A stretch of DNA of 64,000 nucleotides. Source: the human T2T-CHM13v2.0 reference genome, Homo sapiens. Below are positions 41,361 to 54,964 of this stretch, piece by piece. Within the stretch, counting starts at the first letter, position 1; each line of letters opens with the position of its first letter. The notes below the pieces were generated by a model. It was not told where the DNA came from, made no database searches, and saw only the letters and a list, made by a program, of their open reading frames with translations. The DNA is taken from assembly GCF_009914755.1 (NCBI RefSeq), contig NC_060936.1; one strand, 5' to 3'. The translations under genes were made by a program, and so were the position numbers.

Positions 41361-41750
41361 TGGCAATGAATCCTGGACTGTGGTTTAGAGTCCTGGCAAT
41401 CAGACTCTTAATGTTGGAGCCCAACCCCCATCACCACCCCAAAGGCAGAATCCTTGGTTCTCCTCTTTTCTCTGGAAACACACACTTCCTTGCAATCACA
41501 ACCAATTTCAGGATGACACTCAAATTTATATCTCCAGCCCAGGCATCTCTGAACTCTAGACTTGAATATTCAACAGTCTATGCAACACCTCTATTTGGAT
41601 GTTTAGCAGAGCTATTCAACATACTATAACCCAATCTGAATGGGAGACCTTCCCTGAAACTTGGCTTACCTTCAGTCTTCTCCATTTTTGTTAGTAGCAA
41701 CTCCACTTTCAATTGCTTACATCTGAAACTTTGATGTAATGGTGACTCCT

Positions 41751-41873
41751 ATGTGTGTGTGTGTATATATATGTGTATATATATGTATATATATATATGT
41801 GTATATATACGTATATACATATATACACACATATATACATATATACACACATATACATTTATATATATATATT
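41751..41873. repeat. (TG/TA/CA)n microsatellite
   Basis: Direct reading. Confidence 0.92.
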
Positions 41874-42096
41874 TCACATTCAGTCCATCAGCACATGCCC
41901 TTGGTTTTAACTTTAAAATCTACAAAGAATCAGATCCCTTCTTCCCACCTCCACCACTACCACTCTAATCAAAGCTACCACCATCTTACTCCTGGATTAG
42001 TATAATAGGCTCCTAACCTGTCTACCTGCTGCTCCCTGGCCCTTGCAGTCTATTCTCTACACAGCAGCCAGAATGATGCAACACCCCCGCCAACCT

Positions 42097-42620
42097 GTTA
42101 TTTGAAGCTTTTCGAGCATACAGAAAACTTGAAAGAACAATACAATATAAAATGTCTTTTGCAGCTTCTTTTTCTGATCCAAGATCCAATCAAATGCAAT
42201 TTGATCACATTTGATTGTTGTATATTTTTAGTCTTTCTTAATCTAGAATAATCTTTCTTCTTTTTAAATGACATGTACTTTTTCATATAGAATATCCCAC
42301 ACTTTCTGAATTTGTCCGTTTCCTCATATATTATGTTGTATAATTCATATTGCATCAGATCAAGAGGCACATAATGTCAGGTTGTCCTAATGCTTATGAT
42401 GCTGTTTGATCACCTGACTAATGAATCAACTCACCAGAGTTCTCCATTGGGAAGATAAATTTTCCTCTTTGTAATTAGTAAGAAATTCATGGGGTGATAC
42501 TTTGACACCTTTCAAATATCCACGATCTTTTACCCAATGGTTTTGCTATCTACTAATAACCTTTTCTAGATTATTTATTATACTGGAAGTTGCAAAATCA
42601 TGACTTTAAAATATTCTCAC
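42097..42620 (-). mobile_element. Old L1M 3' fragment
   Basis: catacagaaaacttgaaagaacaatacaat...tgcatcagatcaagaggcacataatgtc. Confidence 0.65.
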
Positions 42621-44921
42621 TCCTATTTTGTAACAGAAGTTTTAGTAAAAAATCGCCTTCCTTATTTTTCCCTTTCTTCTCTTCTACCCTTTCCTGCTGC
42701 CCTCCTTCTCCTCCTCCTCCTTCTCCTGACTCTCACGGTGGATTCAATGTCCACTCAATTTTAATTCAATGTGTTATCATCAACTACCACAGAATGATTT
42801 ATTTAAAATGTATACAGATCATGTTCTATTCCTCTACTGAAGCCTCATCAATGACTTCCCCCTTCACTTGAAGTAAACATCTAAGTCCTTACAGTGGCCT
42901 GCGAGGTCCTGCATGATCCAGTCTCCAATTCATCTCCCGCCTCACGTTTTGCTCACAGCTCCAGCCATCTGCTCTCCTGACTGTTCCTCAAACACTCCAC
43001 GTTTGGTCCTGCCTTGGGGTCTTTGGCTCCACCACACCCTCTCTCAGTAATGCTTCTCCTCTAGATATTCCCGTAATATTGTTCCTTATCATTTTCAAAT
43101 TTTTTCTTAAACCCACCTGACTAGCTATTTTTAAATTTTTTAAGTCAATACTCCCCATCCTTCTTACTATACTACTTTATTTTCTCCACCAATTTTATCC
43201 ATTTCTTACATTATTTCCTGTGTTTATTGTCTGCCTCCAATTAGAATTAAGCTCCGAGAGTGTAGGGAATTCCATCTGTTTTATGCACTGCTACATCCCA
43301 GGGGCTAGAATAATACCTCCTCAGGAAATGTTTACTAAGTGAATGGATGCATGGATTGATAAGGGGTTGAAGGAGAAGGAGATGCTCATTTTTCAGCTTG
43401 GTTGTCTGCAGTGACAGTGTTCTACTTTCTGAGATAAGGAAAGGAACACAGAACAAGCAGTGTGTGTGGAAGCAAACTTTGGACATGTTGAGTTTTAGGT
43501 GAGATAGCCTGTGAGGTAGCCATGTGGAAAAGCCCAATAGGAAGTTGGCTAGACCTAGATTTAGTGGATAGACCGGGTATGAAGTAGTTTCCAAACACCT
43601 AAAGCAAAGTCATGTCTTAATTCATTTTAAATGAATTGAACATTATTGAATTGATTTAACATGAATGGAAAGGCTAAGAATCTTTTGCCTCCCAAGCTGG
43701 CATGCCAACCAAGCGTGGGAAGAGAGCTATTAACACTTTCCTGCGTCTGCTAGGTTTTGAACTGCTCAAGTCAAAGACAGCACTAAACACCTGGTAATCG
43801 TTCTAATGGTTTGTCAACAAAGCGGGATCTGTTAGTCTTCTAGGGTGATAACTGTTTCTAGTAGTCCAAAGACTTGGTTAAAGACACCTGCATCCTGTAT
43901 AGAGCAATTAGTACTTTAAAAATGTGGTTTTCTTGTTGATCTACTAAGTGTGGTAACCTTTGCAATTCCTTTAATCAAAAGAAAAGAAAAGCAACATCAA
44001 AAATTCTTTCATTCATTAGGCTCTAATCTTTTCTCTTCCTTCCTACACCTTCCTAATTCTCCCAAGTCTTGGGAAAGTGTTCAATAGATGATGAGCTGTA
44101 AGAAGCAAGAAGAGTTTGTCTTGTGCGGTGTCACCAGTGTTTAGCACAGTATCTTTCCTCAAATAGGTGCTCAGTATATTTCATTCTGTTATATATCAAT
44201 GTCTATCTTTTTTATTTTTGAAACACCATCCATATCTCTGCTCTACCTCAAAACCTGAATCCCCCTTCTCTCAACAACATCTGGAGCCACTAAGTCAGTT
44301 CTTATAGTTAAAAATAAAGGTAACTATGAGAGAAGGAGAAGTCGATGGTATTTCAAACCGGCATGAAAATTGTCCATTGCAACTTTGGATAGAAAGAAAA
44401 TTTAAACTCGTTCCAGTATCGTAAGACTAGACACACAGCAATGAATAGGAATATGAGTCTTTCTGAATGCTCATGGGGAATTTCCATATTAGCTTATAAA
44501 TCCTACCCACATGATGGGTTATTCCATTATTCCATAAGCTCCTTGAAGTCTTTTAGTTTCCTTTAGAATGACGGTGAATAAAGTAGATGTGGTCATTCAT
44601 ATTTTTAACAAAAGAGAGATCAAAAATGAAATTATGGGCATATATTCAGCAATTTCAGATTTTGCCATTATTTATGACCATGACTACAGATGGTACACCG
44701 ATCTATGGTGTCTCGAGATTGCAGTGTTAGTAAGCTAAGGACAGCATAAATCAGAGAAGTTTCCCCTTTCACTGTAGATACAGAAAAATAAAAATAATTA
44801 GAGCCTCCACTGGTCAACATTAAGGTCTCAAATATAAATTTTATATTAAACTTGCCTATTGTTTTATGGCTTTCCTTATTTATTTTATTTTATTTTTTCT
44901 GGAATAGAAAGTGAGGATATA

Positions 44922-45279
<358 letters not shown>

Positions 45280-45285
45280 CTAGTC

Positions 45286-45649
<364 letters not shown>

Positions 45650-46599
45650 TCACTGAGAAATCCACTTTGGTGAAACCATAGATTAACAGTTATTTAAACC
45701 CCTGTACTGGAACAGGTCTCTTTGCTATTCTGATCTTTCTCATGGATTCAATTTTAAGAGTTATCTATGCTTTAAAAAAAAATTCCATGCAGAGTAGATT
45801 TTATACATAGCAACCACTAACAAAAGATGTGCAGGAACCTGAATGCCATCCTCTCAGCAGAAGGCACACACCTTGGTAATTTGACTGTGAAATTTAACAA
45901 TAATAAATGTACATAATGGATTATCATGAAGTCATAAAGCAGTAAAGAATTCAGAAATATGATAAAATATAATATAGTAAAATCAAATATTTCTAAAACA
46001 ATAAATGTCAAAGATCAAACAACAATACAGAGAGAAGATATCTAGCTAGGATTTTTTTTCTTTAGATAAGCCAGATTAGAAGAATTAAAAATAGATAAAG
46101 ATTCCTCTAAAGTTGAGTGGTTACGATTGTATGTATGCTATTTTAATTAACTTTCATTCATTAGCCCTTCATCCATTTTAGAATGTCCACAAATGCCCCA
46201 ATCACTTAAATCTTAAGTCATTGACATAGAAGTGGCAACTCCTGAAAGCATCCCATCTGCTTCCAATAAGAAACTTGATATTCTTTAGGACTTATGGATG
46301 GTGGGAGAAGGTTGCCTAAAGTGAGGCTTCAGAAGTGGCCTGAAAATCCTCATAGGTGAAACCCAAATTTCTTTGACTGTCTGTAGTTCTACATTTATAT
46401 CTAGAATTTCAACAGTAAGCATAGAGCAGTTTATTTGCCCAAAGATAACCACATTACAGGTTTCCGACTAATCTGGTTTGCATACTTATATATAAATCTT
46501 TTGGGGAGGAGGGATTATGAGGGAAGGAAAACAGCTGATGAAGGATTAAAAACACTTTTAGTTTCCTATTCCTTTGAACTCATTCAACGATTCCAGGGA

Positions 46600-46966
46600 A
46601 AGTTTCCTTATTTCAACCAGGAGTGGGTCAGGAACCCAATAATGAGTTATAGACCTTGCTGACTGCCCGAGTTGATTCTTTTCTCCCATCCTTTTCCCAG
46701 AGTCTGAAATGATTCCACCTGGTCTTAGCAGAAAGCTGGCCCGGAAGTTGTAATACATGAAGATCCAACAGCCACCACGTGACCAAGAGAAAAAAGCCAA
46801 AAGAATCACAGACCTGGCCTTCACATTGTAGAGGTTCTTAGCCAGGGCCAATAGTTGCCGCTCTCTGAACTTCTTATCGTATGAGAAAAATAATCATTTA
46901 CTTGTTCAAGCCACTGTTGGTTGAGTTTTCTATTATTGGCAGCAAAATGCATTCCTATCTGAATGC
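46600..46966 (+). mobile_element. Old ERVL-type LTR (LTR33/LTR16-like)
   Basis: 3' end aagccactgttggttgagttttctatta...gcattcctatctga. Confidence 0.55.
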
Positions 46967-47798
46967 AGCCAGTATCATCTTAATCTGACACTTTCAGACC
47001 CATGTTAGATTTGGATTAACCTCTTTGGGTTTTGCAAAGTAGGCCTAAATTTGACCAGTTGGATTTGACTCAAAATCAGGCAGCACAAGGTATGTGAAGA
47101 GATTAAAAAATAGGGGATGGTCTGCCTCTTTCTCTCTACAGTACTTTCATCCTGCTTGTCTGCTCCACTTCAGTCCTTAACACACATCCATTAGCCCAAC
47201 ATGCCTCTTCCAAAATCTTGATTTCAAAACTCATTCCCTGAATCCCACCTCCTAACCTTGCACCTCACTTATTGGTATGCCTCTCATTACAGCAATTTTC
47301 TCCGTCAGTGCCCCACCTCTGATTCACTGTTCATTTATCCTACAACCGTCACATTCTTCATGGCCTCTCGTGTCTGCACTTCCCTTATTTACTCAGCTTA
47401 GACTTCATTGTGCATCATCGTAAACACCCACCCGCAGCTCCCTTCTTTCTCACTCCCCCATCATACTCTTCTGGTTAAAGCAAAACAAAACAAAACAAAG
47501 AAGAACAAAAAAACCAACCTCAATTAAGCCCAAGTCTCCTCCATCTCTGTGCATGGACCCATGCTGCTATGCTGCTGGATGAGATATCACAACAGGGTCT
47601 ATTTCAGAATCATGACCCCAAATCCCAAAAGTCTGTTATTACTGCCCAACGGTTCTAACTCATTCCCTCAGTAATTTGCTTTCTCACTCTTCAGGTTACC
47701 ATATAATACTTACTCCTGCTGCCTCAAACTTTCCCTGCCTGAGGCATTGGTCATGTCTCATCTTTACTGAGAAAAAGGAAATCCCTACAAACCTTTTT

Positions 47799-48135
47799 GG
47801 TCCCCAACCTTTTTGGCACCAGGAACCAGTTTCATGGAAGATAATTTTTCCACAGATGTGAGGGTGGGAGGGGATGGTTATGGGATGAAACTGTTCCACC
47901 TCAGATCATCAGGCATTAGATTCTCATAAGGGGTGCACAACCTAGATCCCTCACATGTGCAGTTCACAATAGAGGTCGTGCTTCTATAAGAATCAAATGC
48001 TGCTGCTGATCTGACAGGAGGCGGAGCTCAGTCTGGAACACTCACCTGCCTGCTGCTCACCTTCTGTTGTGTGGCCCGCTTCCTAACACACCACAAACTG
48101 ATACCTGTCCAAGGCCCGGGGATTGGGGATCCCTG
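47799..48135. mobile_element. MER1B (hAT-Charlie)
   Basis: ggtccccaacctttttggcaccagg...cagatcatcaggcattagattctcataagg...ttggggatccctg; flanking ccctaca on both sides. Confidence 0.9.
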
Positions 48136-49185
48136 CCCTACATTCCAACCTACACATTTACCAATTTATCTGACCTTGTATGCATATTCCCTGCTTTTAC
48201 AGTAGAAGAATCATCTCTATATCAAAAAGGTTAACAAGTCCCTTCATTTATGCTTATGTGCCCTCCCAGGGACAATTCTTTGCCAGCTATTCTGGCTTCT
48301 GTGCATCAGCAATCTCTTATTCTCTACTGAGTCGTTCCCACAGGGCTATGTTAGCATCATCCTTTCATGACCCTGTATTCAGCTGTTCCACCATGGCCCA
48401 TTTCTCTGATCCTTTCAGAGCAAAATTTCTCCAGACTTCACACCTCATGCTGTCAGCACCCGAGTCACCTCTCATTCACTTGCTCTTCAATGTGTTCCTT
48501 TCTGGCTTCTGTCACCACCACCCTACTGAAACTGCTCTGGTCACAGTTGCAATGGCTTCCATGTTGCTAAACCCCACTTCCAGAATGTTTGGAAGAACTG
48601 AACACAGTTGGCTACTCCCTCCTTCATGAAACACTCCCCACACTTGGCATCAATCATACCATACTCTCTTGGGGTTTTTTTCTCCCTTACTGGCCTTGAT
48701 TCCCAGTCTTCCTGGCTGGAATCGTATTTGCTACTTGGCCTCTGATGCTGGAGAGCCTCAGGTCTTGGTCTTCAGCCCTCCTCTGTATTTATGTTCCCTC
48801 TCTAATGAATTACATCTATTCTCATGCCTTTGAATACTATCTTGATGCTGTTGATTCTCAAATATTTATCTCCAGCCATGCCTCCTTCCTTGAGCTCCAG
48901 ATATTCATACTCAACTTCTTATGTAGTATCTCCATGCCCCTTGGAGATCTAATAAGGATATCAAACTTTTAATACAGATGAAATTAATATCTTCTTACCC
49001 TCTCTCATCACTATGTACAACACACCTCTTGCTCCCCTGACTCCTGTATTTTAATAAAGGGTACCATCTCCACCTACATGGTTAAACCAAACATTTAAGG
49101 CTCATCTTACTTTCCTCTCTCTTCCCTAACCCAATGCTACCAAGTCCTCTTGGCACTGCTTTCAAAATCATGTCAAATCCACCTA

Positions 49186-49542
49186 CAGTCATGCACCACA
49201 TAATGACATTTTGGTCAATGATGCACCACATATATGATGCTGGTTACAAAATATTATGATATTATAATTTTACTATACATTTTCTCTGTTTAGATACACG
49301 AATACTTACCATTGTGGTACAATTGCCTGCCGTATTCAGTACAGTAACATGTTGTACAGGTTGGTAGCCTACGAGCAACAGGCCATATCATGTAGCCTAG
49401 GTGTGTAGTAGGCTCTACCATCTATATATGTTTGTGTAAGTAAAGTCTATGATATTTTCATAATGAAAAGATTGCACAATGACAAAATTTCCTATAATAC
49501 ATTTCTCAGAATGTAGCATGGTCATTAATCAACACATGGTTG
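49186..49542. mobile_element. Tigger3-family (MER7) element
   Basis: cagtcatgcaccacataatgacattttggtcaatga...gcctaggtgtgtagtaggct...atttctcagaatgta. Confidence 0.85.
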
Positions 49543-49716
49543 CATCACCCTCCATCCTGCACTGACACCTTTTTAGTCTAAGCCACAATCTTCTCTCAGC
49601 TAGACTATTGCTATAACTCTACATAGTCTTTCTACCCTCCCATGGCATTCTAAACCTCACAGACCATCTAGAGAGCTTCTCTTAATGTATACATTGAATC
49701 TTTTAGAATAAAATTT

Positions 49717-50021
49717 AGCCAGATGCAGTGGCTTACACCTGTAATCCCAGCACTTCAGGGAGCTGAGGCGAGCAGATGGCTTGAGTCAAAAAGTTTGAGA
49801 CCAGCCTGGGCAACGTGGCAAAACTCCGTCTCTACAAAAAAATACAAAAATGAGTTGGGCATGGAGGCATGCTCCTGTAGTCCAAGCTACTTGGGAGGCT
49901 GAAGTGGGAGGATAGCTTTAGCCCAGGCGGTCAAGGCTGCAGTGAGCCAAAATCACACCACTACACTTCAGCCTGGGCAACTGAGTGAGATCCTGTCCCC
50001 AAAACAAACAAGCAAACAAAA
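49717..50021 (+). mobile_element. Full-length AluJ
   Basis: TSD agaa(t/c)aaaattt; J diagnostics. Confidence 0.95.
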
Positions 50022-50044
50022 AGAACAAAATTTAAATTACTTTC

Positions 50045-50416
50045 TGATATGGTTCGGCTGTGTTCCCACTCAAATCTCATCTTAAATTGTAATCTTTATA
50101 ATCTCCACCTGTCAAGGAAGGGACCCAGTGTTAGGTGATTGGATCATGGAGGTGGTTTCCCCCATGCTGTTCTCATGATAGTGAGTGAGTTCTCACAAGA
50201 TCTGATGGTTTTATAAGAGTCTGGCACTTCCCGTGCTTGCACTTTTCTCCCTCCCACCACCCTGTGAAGAAGGTGCCTGCTTCTCCTTCTTCCATGATTG
50301 TAAATTTCCTGAGGCCTCCCCAGCCATGTGGAACTGTGAGTCAATTAAACCTCTTTTCTTTATAAATTATCAGTCCCAGGTATGTCTTTATGGCAGTGTG
50401 AAAATGGACTGACACA
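50045..50416 (+). mobile_element. THE1 (C/D-like) solo LTR
   Basis: tgatatggtt...gacaca with perfect TSD CTTTC (50040-50044, 50417-50421). Confidence 0.93.
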
Positions 50417-51039
50417 CTTTCCTTGGCCCACACGATCCTGCAAGCTCTTGGTCTCCCTCCTTTGACAGCCTCTTTTCTACCATCCCCTCCACTCCTCACT
50501 GTGCTCTGGAATCTAGCCCCTTTTTTAACTCCAGGCCTGAGCAACTGTTGTTCTCTCTGCCTAGAATGAGTTTCCCCTGCCCTTCATGACGTGGCTGACT
50601 CATTCTTATCTTTTAGTTTCCATCCCAATTCACCACCACAGAGAGAGGCTTCCTGGGCCATGCTCTCAGACCTGATCATCCCCACTGATTCTCTATCTCA
50701 ACTTGTTTGCTGTTTCCTAAGCATTTCTCTCTGTCTATAATTATTTTATTACTAGATTACAGCCTCTGTACCCCAAGTTCACTTATGTATCCCAATGACC
50801 AGTGCGACAGGAACTCAATAAATTATGTTTACAAATGAATACAACTCTATGAAGACAGGTTTTTTTTTTTAACCTAGAATTCCAGAACACTATAAATAAA
50901 AAGACCTTAGAGTCATCTAATCCTAGAAACTGAGGCTCAAAAAATTAAGGGACCCCTCTGAGTTCATAAGCTGGTTTAGGACAGGGTCCAGCCTGGAATC
51001 CAGGTGTCTTGACTTTTGTCCTGTGATGACTTCCTCAGG

Positions 51040-51470
51040 CTCTTCAGTTGTCAGCTAAGGAAACTGACTCTGGCTAATTTAATCAACAAAGGGATTCTTA
51101 GAAGGGTTTTAAGTTGTTCCCAGAATTAAGGAGACTCTGCCACCCCAGGCTTTAAAAAGGGCAGGCTCTGGATATTTAGGTAACAAGTGTTAATGAGCCA
51201 TTGTAAGGGCACCAGAGTCAGGATGAATTCACTCTGGTCCTTTTTCTTCATTGTGTCACTCCACTCGACAGTCACATTCCCAGGAGAAAAAAAAATATGA
51301 GAGTCTCAGTTTGGGTCTCATTCTCACTCTTTAGATAGTCAAATATTGGTCCTGCCAATACTGTTGTGCGATAGTGACTGAGTGATTTCCCAAATGGAAA
51401 TGGATGTGCTGTTACCATAAGAAGAGAAGCTGGATGTCGGGAAGACAAAAACAACAGATGTCCACACTAC
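51040..51470 (-). mobile_element. Old MLT1-type LTR
   Basis: aggctcttcagttg...aaactgactctggctaattt...gatgtccacactaca. Confidence 0.55.
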
Positions 51471-53124
51471 ATCATAACACATAGCCGGCAGGAGCTGTGC
51501 TTGATGCCGAAACATTGACCTCCCAATAAGCCAAGTCTCCAGGTTGGTATTCTATGTTTTGTGAAGTTATTAGGCAATGGCTTCCTTTCCTGTTGGTTAT
51601 GCAAATGTTCCCGTGTGAGAATTCTCCCACGAAGGCCCAGGAAGCAGAGTGGAGGGCGTTCTGTGGTGTGAACGCTGCCAGCCGGTGCTGGAGCTCCAGC
51701 TTACTGCACATTATGTTGTGCTTGTTCCTGTTTGCCCAGGGGTCAGGTTGCTATGAATGTGGAATTTTGTTTCCTCTCTCTCCAAATGAAATAGTCCGAA
51801 AAACATATTCTCAGCTGTTGAGAAGAAAGTCTGCATATTATTCATATTTTCTTCTTGTTACTGATGCTCCACTGCAAAGCGAAAGAGACTGCAATAAATA
51901 TAAGCCTTAACTCACCAAATATGTATTAAGCTCTAACCAAGGATTAAGATTACATTGAAAGGAAATATAAATGGAACAATTGCCTCCATTATGTTTTCCT
52001 TATTCCTGGCTCCACTACTGTTCCCTTTCTATCTTTTCCTGCCCCCTGTCGCTAACAACTACCAACCTAATACCTGTGTCACTCCATATCCAGGCCTGCT
52101 TCTTAAGGGTTTTTGTATGGAGGAAAGAGAAAGAGAAGAAGACCCCCAAAATGCTGAGGATTTTCCAAGTGGAAACAGAAAGTTCAAAAGAGCTGAAGTG
52201 CCTCTTCTTCCTTCACTGAACAAATCGTTATCCACACCAGGATGTGAAATGGAATCTCAGAGACTGAAGCTCTCAGACATTGCACCTTCCTCCACGACGA
52301 AGACCTTAGCAATCTTCCTACTTGTCTTTTGAGAAGTTTGATTCACCGTAGGCTATAAGGTGAGGTTAAGGCTGCTATAAACCCCAGTGTTGAGGGGACA
52401 GTAATGAAATTCAGTAGAAAGATTAATGAAAAATCAAAATTTGTGAGACTCTACCCAGAGACCAAAAGAAGACAAAAACATGTATGACCATGTAATATCC
52501 TGGGATGCAATATGAAGAATCAAAGTTGTTTAACTGGAAATGATTCTGCATAACACAGGGTATAATTTCATTTACATAGGGAGTATCTGGCACTTGGCAA
52601 AATACAAACTCAGAAAAGTCTGACTAATATGTAAAGATATTTCCCTTCATCTCCCTATAGGAGAAGAAGACACATGCTACATAAGTGTAATCTGTCCTGC
52701 TGTCCCCCAGCACATCCTGCAGGGCTAGAGAAGAGCAGTACCTATTTGCATAACTAAGACTATGTGAAAAGGAAAAATGGTACATGAGACTGGAAAGCTG
52801 TAGCCAGATTCCCAAGGGCCTTGAGAATCCATTAAAGACTTTTGAACAACAGAATGACATGACTCAAAATATGTTTTAGGAAAAACCTATCTGTAATGAG
52901 ATGGGTTGGAAGGGAGGAGAGAATAGAGACAGGCGAAGTAGATTACTGTTTGCTGAAGTCATAATCGTGAGGAATCACGAGCATCTGAACTGGAAAAGTG
53001 GCCCCAGTGGAAAGATAAGTAAAAGAGAAAGTCAAGAGAAATTACAGTGCTCAAACCACAGCACCAATCAGCTGACTAGCTGTGGGGAGTAAGGAAGCAA
53101 ACAAAATTAAGAATTACTTTGAGA

Positions 53125-53690
53125 AAAGAACTTGCGACAGAACTACCATTTGACCCAGCAACCCCACTACTAGATACATACCCGCAGGAAAAGAATTCAT
53201 TCTATCAAAAAGACACATACACTTATATGTTCACTGCAGCACTATTCACAACAGCAAAGACACAGAATCAACCTAGGTACCCTTCAACAGTGGATTGGAT
53301 AATGAAAATGTGGTACATATATACCATAGAATACTACACAGCCAAACAAAAGAACAAAATTATGTTCTTTGCAGCAACATGGATGGAGCTGGAAGCCATT
53401 ATCTTAAGTGAATTCATGCAAGAGCAGAAAACCAAATACTGTATATTTTCAATGAAATACACGTAGACATAAAGATGGGAACAGGAGACACTGGAAACAG
53501 TGGGAGACACTGGAAACCAGGAGACAGATGGGGTAGGGAGGGTGGGGACATGGACTGAAAAACCACCTATTGTGTACTATGGGGAATGGGATCACTTGCA
53601 CTCCAAACCTCAGCATCATTCAATATACACATATAACAAACTTGCACATGTACCCCTTAATCTATAATAAAAGTCAACATTATTTTTAAA
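53125..53690 (+). mobile_element. 5'-truncated L1 (old L1PA, ~PA15/16-like)
   Basis: ORF2 C-terminal remnant (ELPFDPA...KMWYIYTIEYY) and 3'UTR; perfect 16-bp TSD aagaattactttgaga (53109-53124, 53691-53706) at a TT/AAGA site. Confidence 0.93.
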
Positions 53691-53792
53691 AAGAATTACT
53701 TTGAGATAGTCTGTCTTCATTTAAAATTTTGCTATTTTGTTCATCATGGATTTTTTGCATTAATTTTGACTTTTGAAAATAAATATTGTACA

Positions 53793-54100
53793 TTATCCTT
53801 AGCAAACGAATGCAGGAACAGAAAACCAAAGACCACATGTTCTAAAGTATAAGTGAAAGATAAATGATGAGAACACATGAATACATAGAGAGGAACAACA
53901 CACACTGGGGCCTATCGGAGGGTGGAGAGTGGGAGGAGGGAGAGGATCAGGAAAAATTATAGCTACTAGACTTAATACCTGGGTGATGAAATAATCTGTA
54001 TAACAAACCCCCATGGCACATGTTTACCTATGTACCAAACCTGCACATCCTGCACATGTATCCCTGAACTTAAAATAAAAGTTACAAAAATAAATAATGA
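53793..54100 (+). mobile_element. L1PA 3'UTR fragment
   Basis: attatccttagcaaac...caacacacactggggcct...aaacctgcacatcctgcacatgta. Confidence 0.9.
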
Positions 54101-54136
54101 AAAAATTGCATTAAAATATTTATCGCGATTACTGAG

Positions 54137-54667
54137 TGTATTCATTTCCAGTGACTGCTTTAACAAATTGTTACAAATTTAGTGGGTTAAAACAGCAGCA
54201 ATGGATTCTGTGTCACAATTCTGGATGCCAGAAGTCTGAAATCAAGGTGTTGGCAGGGCCACGCTCCCTTGGAAGGCTCTAGGAGAGGATGCTTTCCTTG
54301 CCTCTCCCAGCTTCTGGTGGCTGTCAGCATTCCTCCATCACTTCAATCTCTGTCGCTGTGGTCACATTACTTTCTCCTCTTCTGTCTGTGTAAAGTTTCT
54401 CTCTGACTCACTTTTTTTTTTTTTAATGAATTGAGGTAGCCTCCATTCTACAAAATAGAATGAAAGCTTTCCTGACTCACTCTTATCGTGACACTTGTGA
54501 TTGCATGTAGGGGCCTGCCCTCTTCCTCCAGGATAATCTCCCCATCTCAAGACGTTCAATTTAATCATATCTGCAAATGCCTTGTCATAGAAGGTAACAT
54601 TCACAGGTTCCAGGAATCAGGATGTGGCTATCTGGTGGGAGAATGTGCTGATTTTTAGCCAACCACA
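54137..54667 (-). mobile_element. MLT1B/C-type solo LTR
   Basis: tgtattcatttcc...aaccaca with perfect TSD CTGAG (54132-54136, 54668-54672). Confidence 0.9.
54412..54471 (-). other. Short poly(A)-tailed retroposed insert of unknown origin inside MLT1
   Basis: T13 run plus ~47 nt, flanked by duplicated ctgactcact (54403 and 54472). Confidence 0.75.
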
Positions 54668-54964
54668 CTGAGTTCACTCTAAATTTTGCATCTTAGGCAA
54701 GTGCCTCACCTCATTCTTCACCACAGGCCTGGCCTTGGATCATTTGAGCCTAAGAAGTTAGGAGAGTGGTGTTTTTATTTACAGAATTGGGAAATTCAAG
54801 AGAAGGAATTGATTTGGAACAGCAAATATTGCTGAAATATTTAAAATACACCTAGACATTAAAGCATGCAACTGAAGCATAAGACCTGATTTTTATATTC
54901 TTTCAACATGGCCTCATTTTCCTGGTGCCAAATGTAAGCCCACCTTGAGAGCAGGTTGTGATGC

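Larger units (their letters stand above)
41450..43350 (+). mobile_element. L2 interrupted by microsatellite and L1
   Basis: caaatttatatctccagccc...tctattctctacacagcagccagaatgat | ...ccttacagtggcc...aagctccgagag. Confidence 0.75.
47200..50840 (+). mobile_element. Long L2 relic split by MER1B, Tigger3, Alu and THE1
   Basis: tctggcttctg..caccaccctactgaaactgctct; gattctcaaatatttatctccagcc; ends ggaactcaataaattatgttt. Confidence 0.7.
53720..54731. mobile_element. hAT-Tip100 element (MER96B-like) split by L1PA and MLT1
   Basis: ttgttcatcatggattttttgcattaattttga | attgcattaaaatattt...gattactgag | aaattttgca...gcaagtgcctcac...ggcctg. Confidence 0.6.

Noticed and set aside
53119-53466. 115-aa ORF resembling a known protein (also 61432-61650)
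   Set aside because: Decayed L1 ORF2 C-terminus from 5'-truncated copies.
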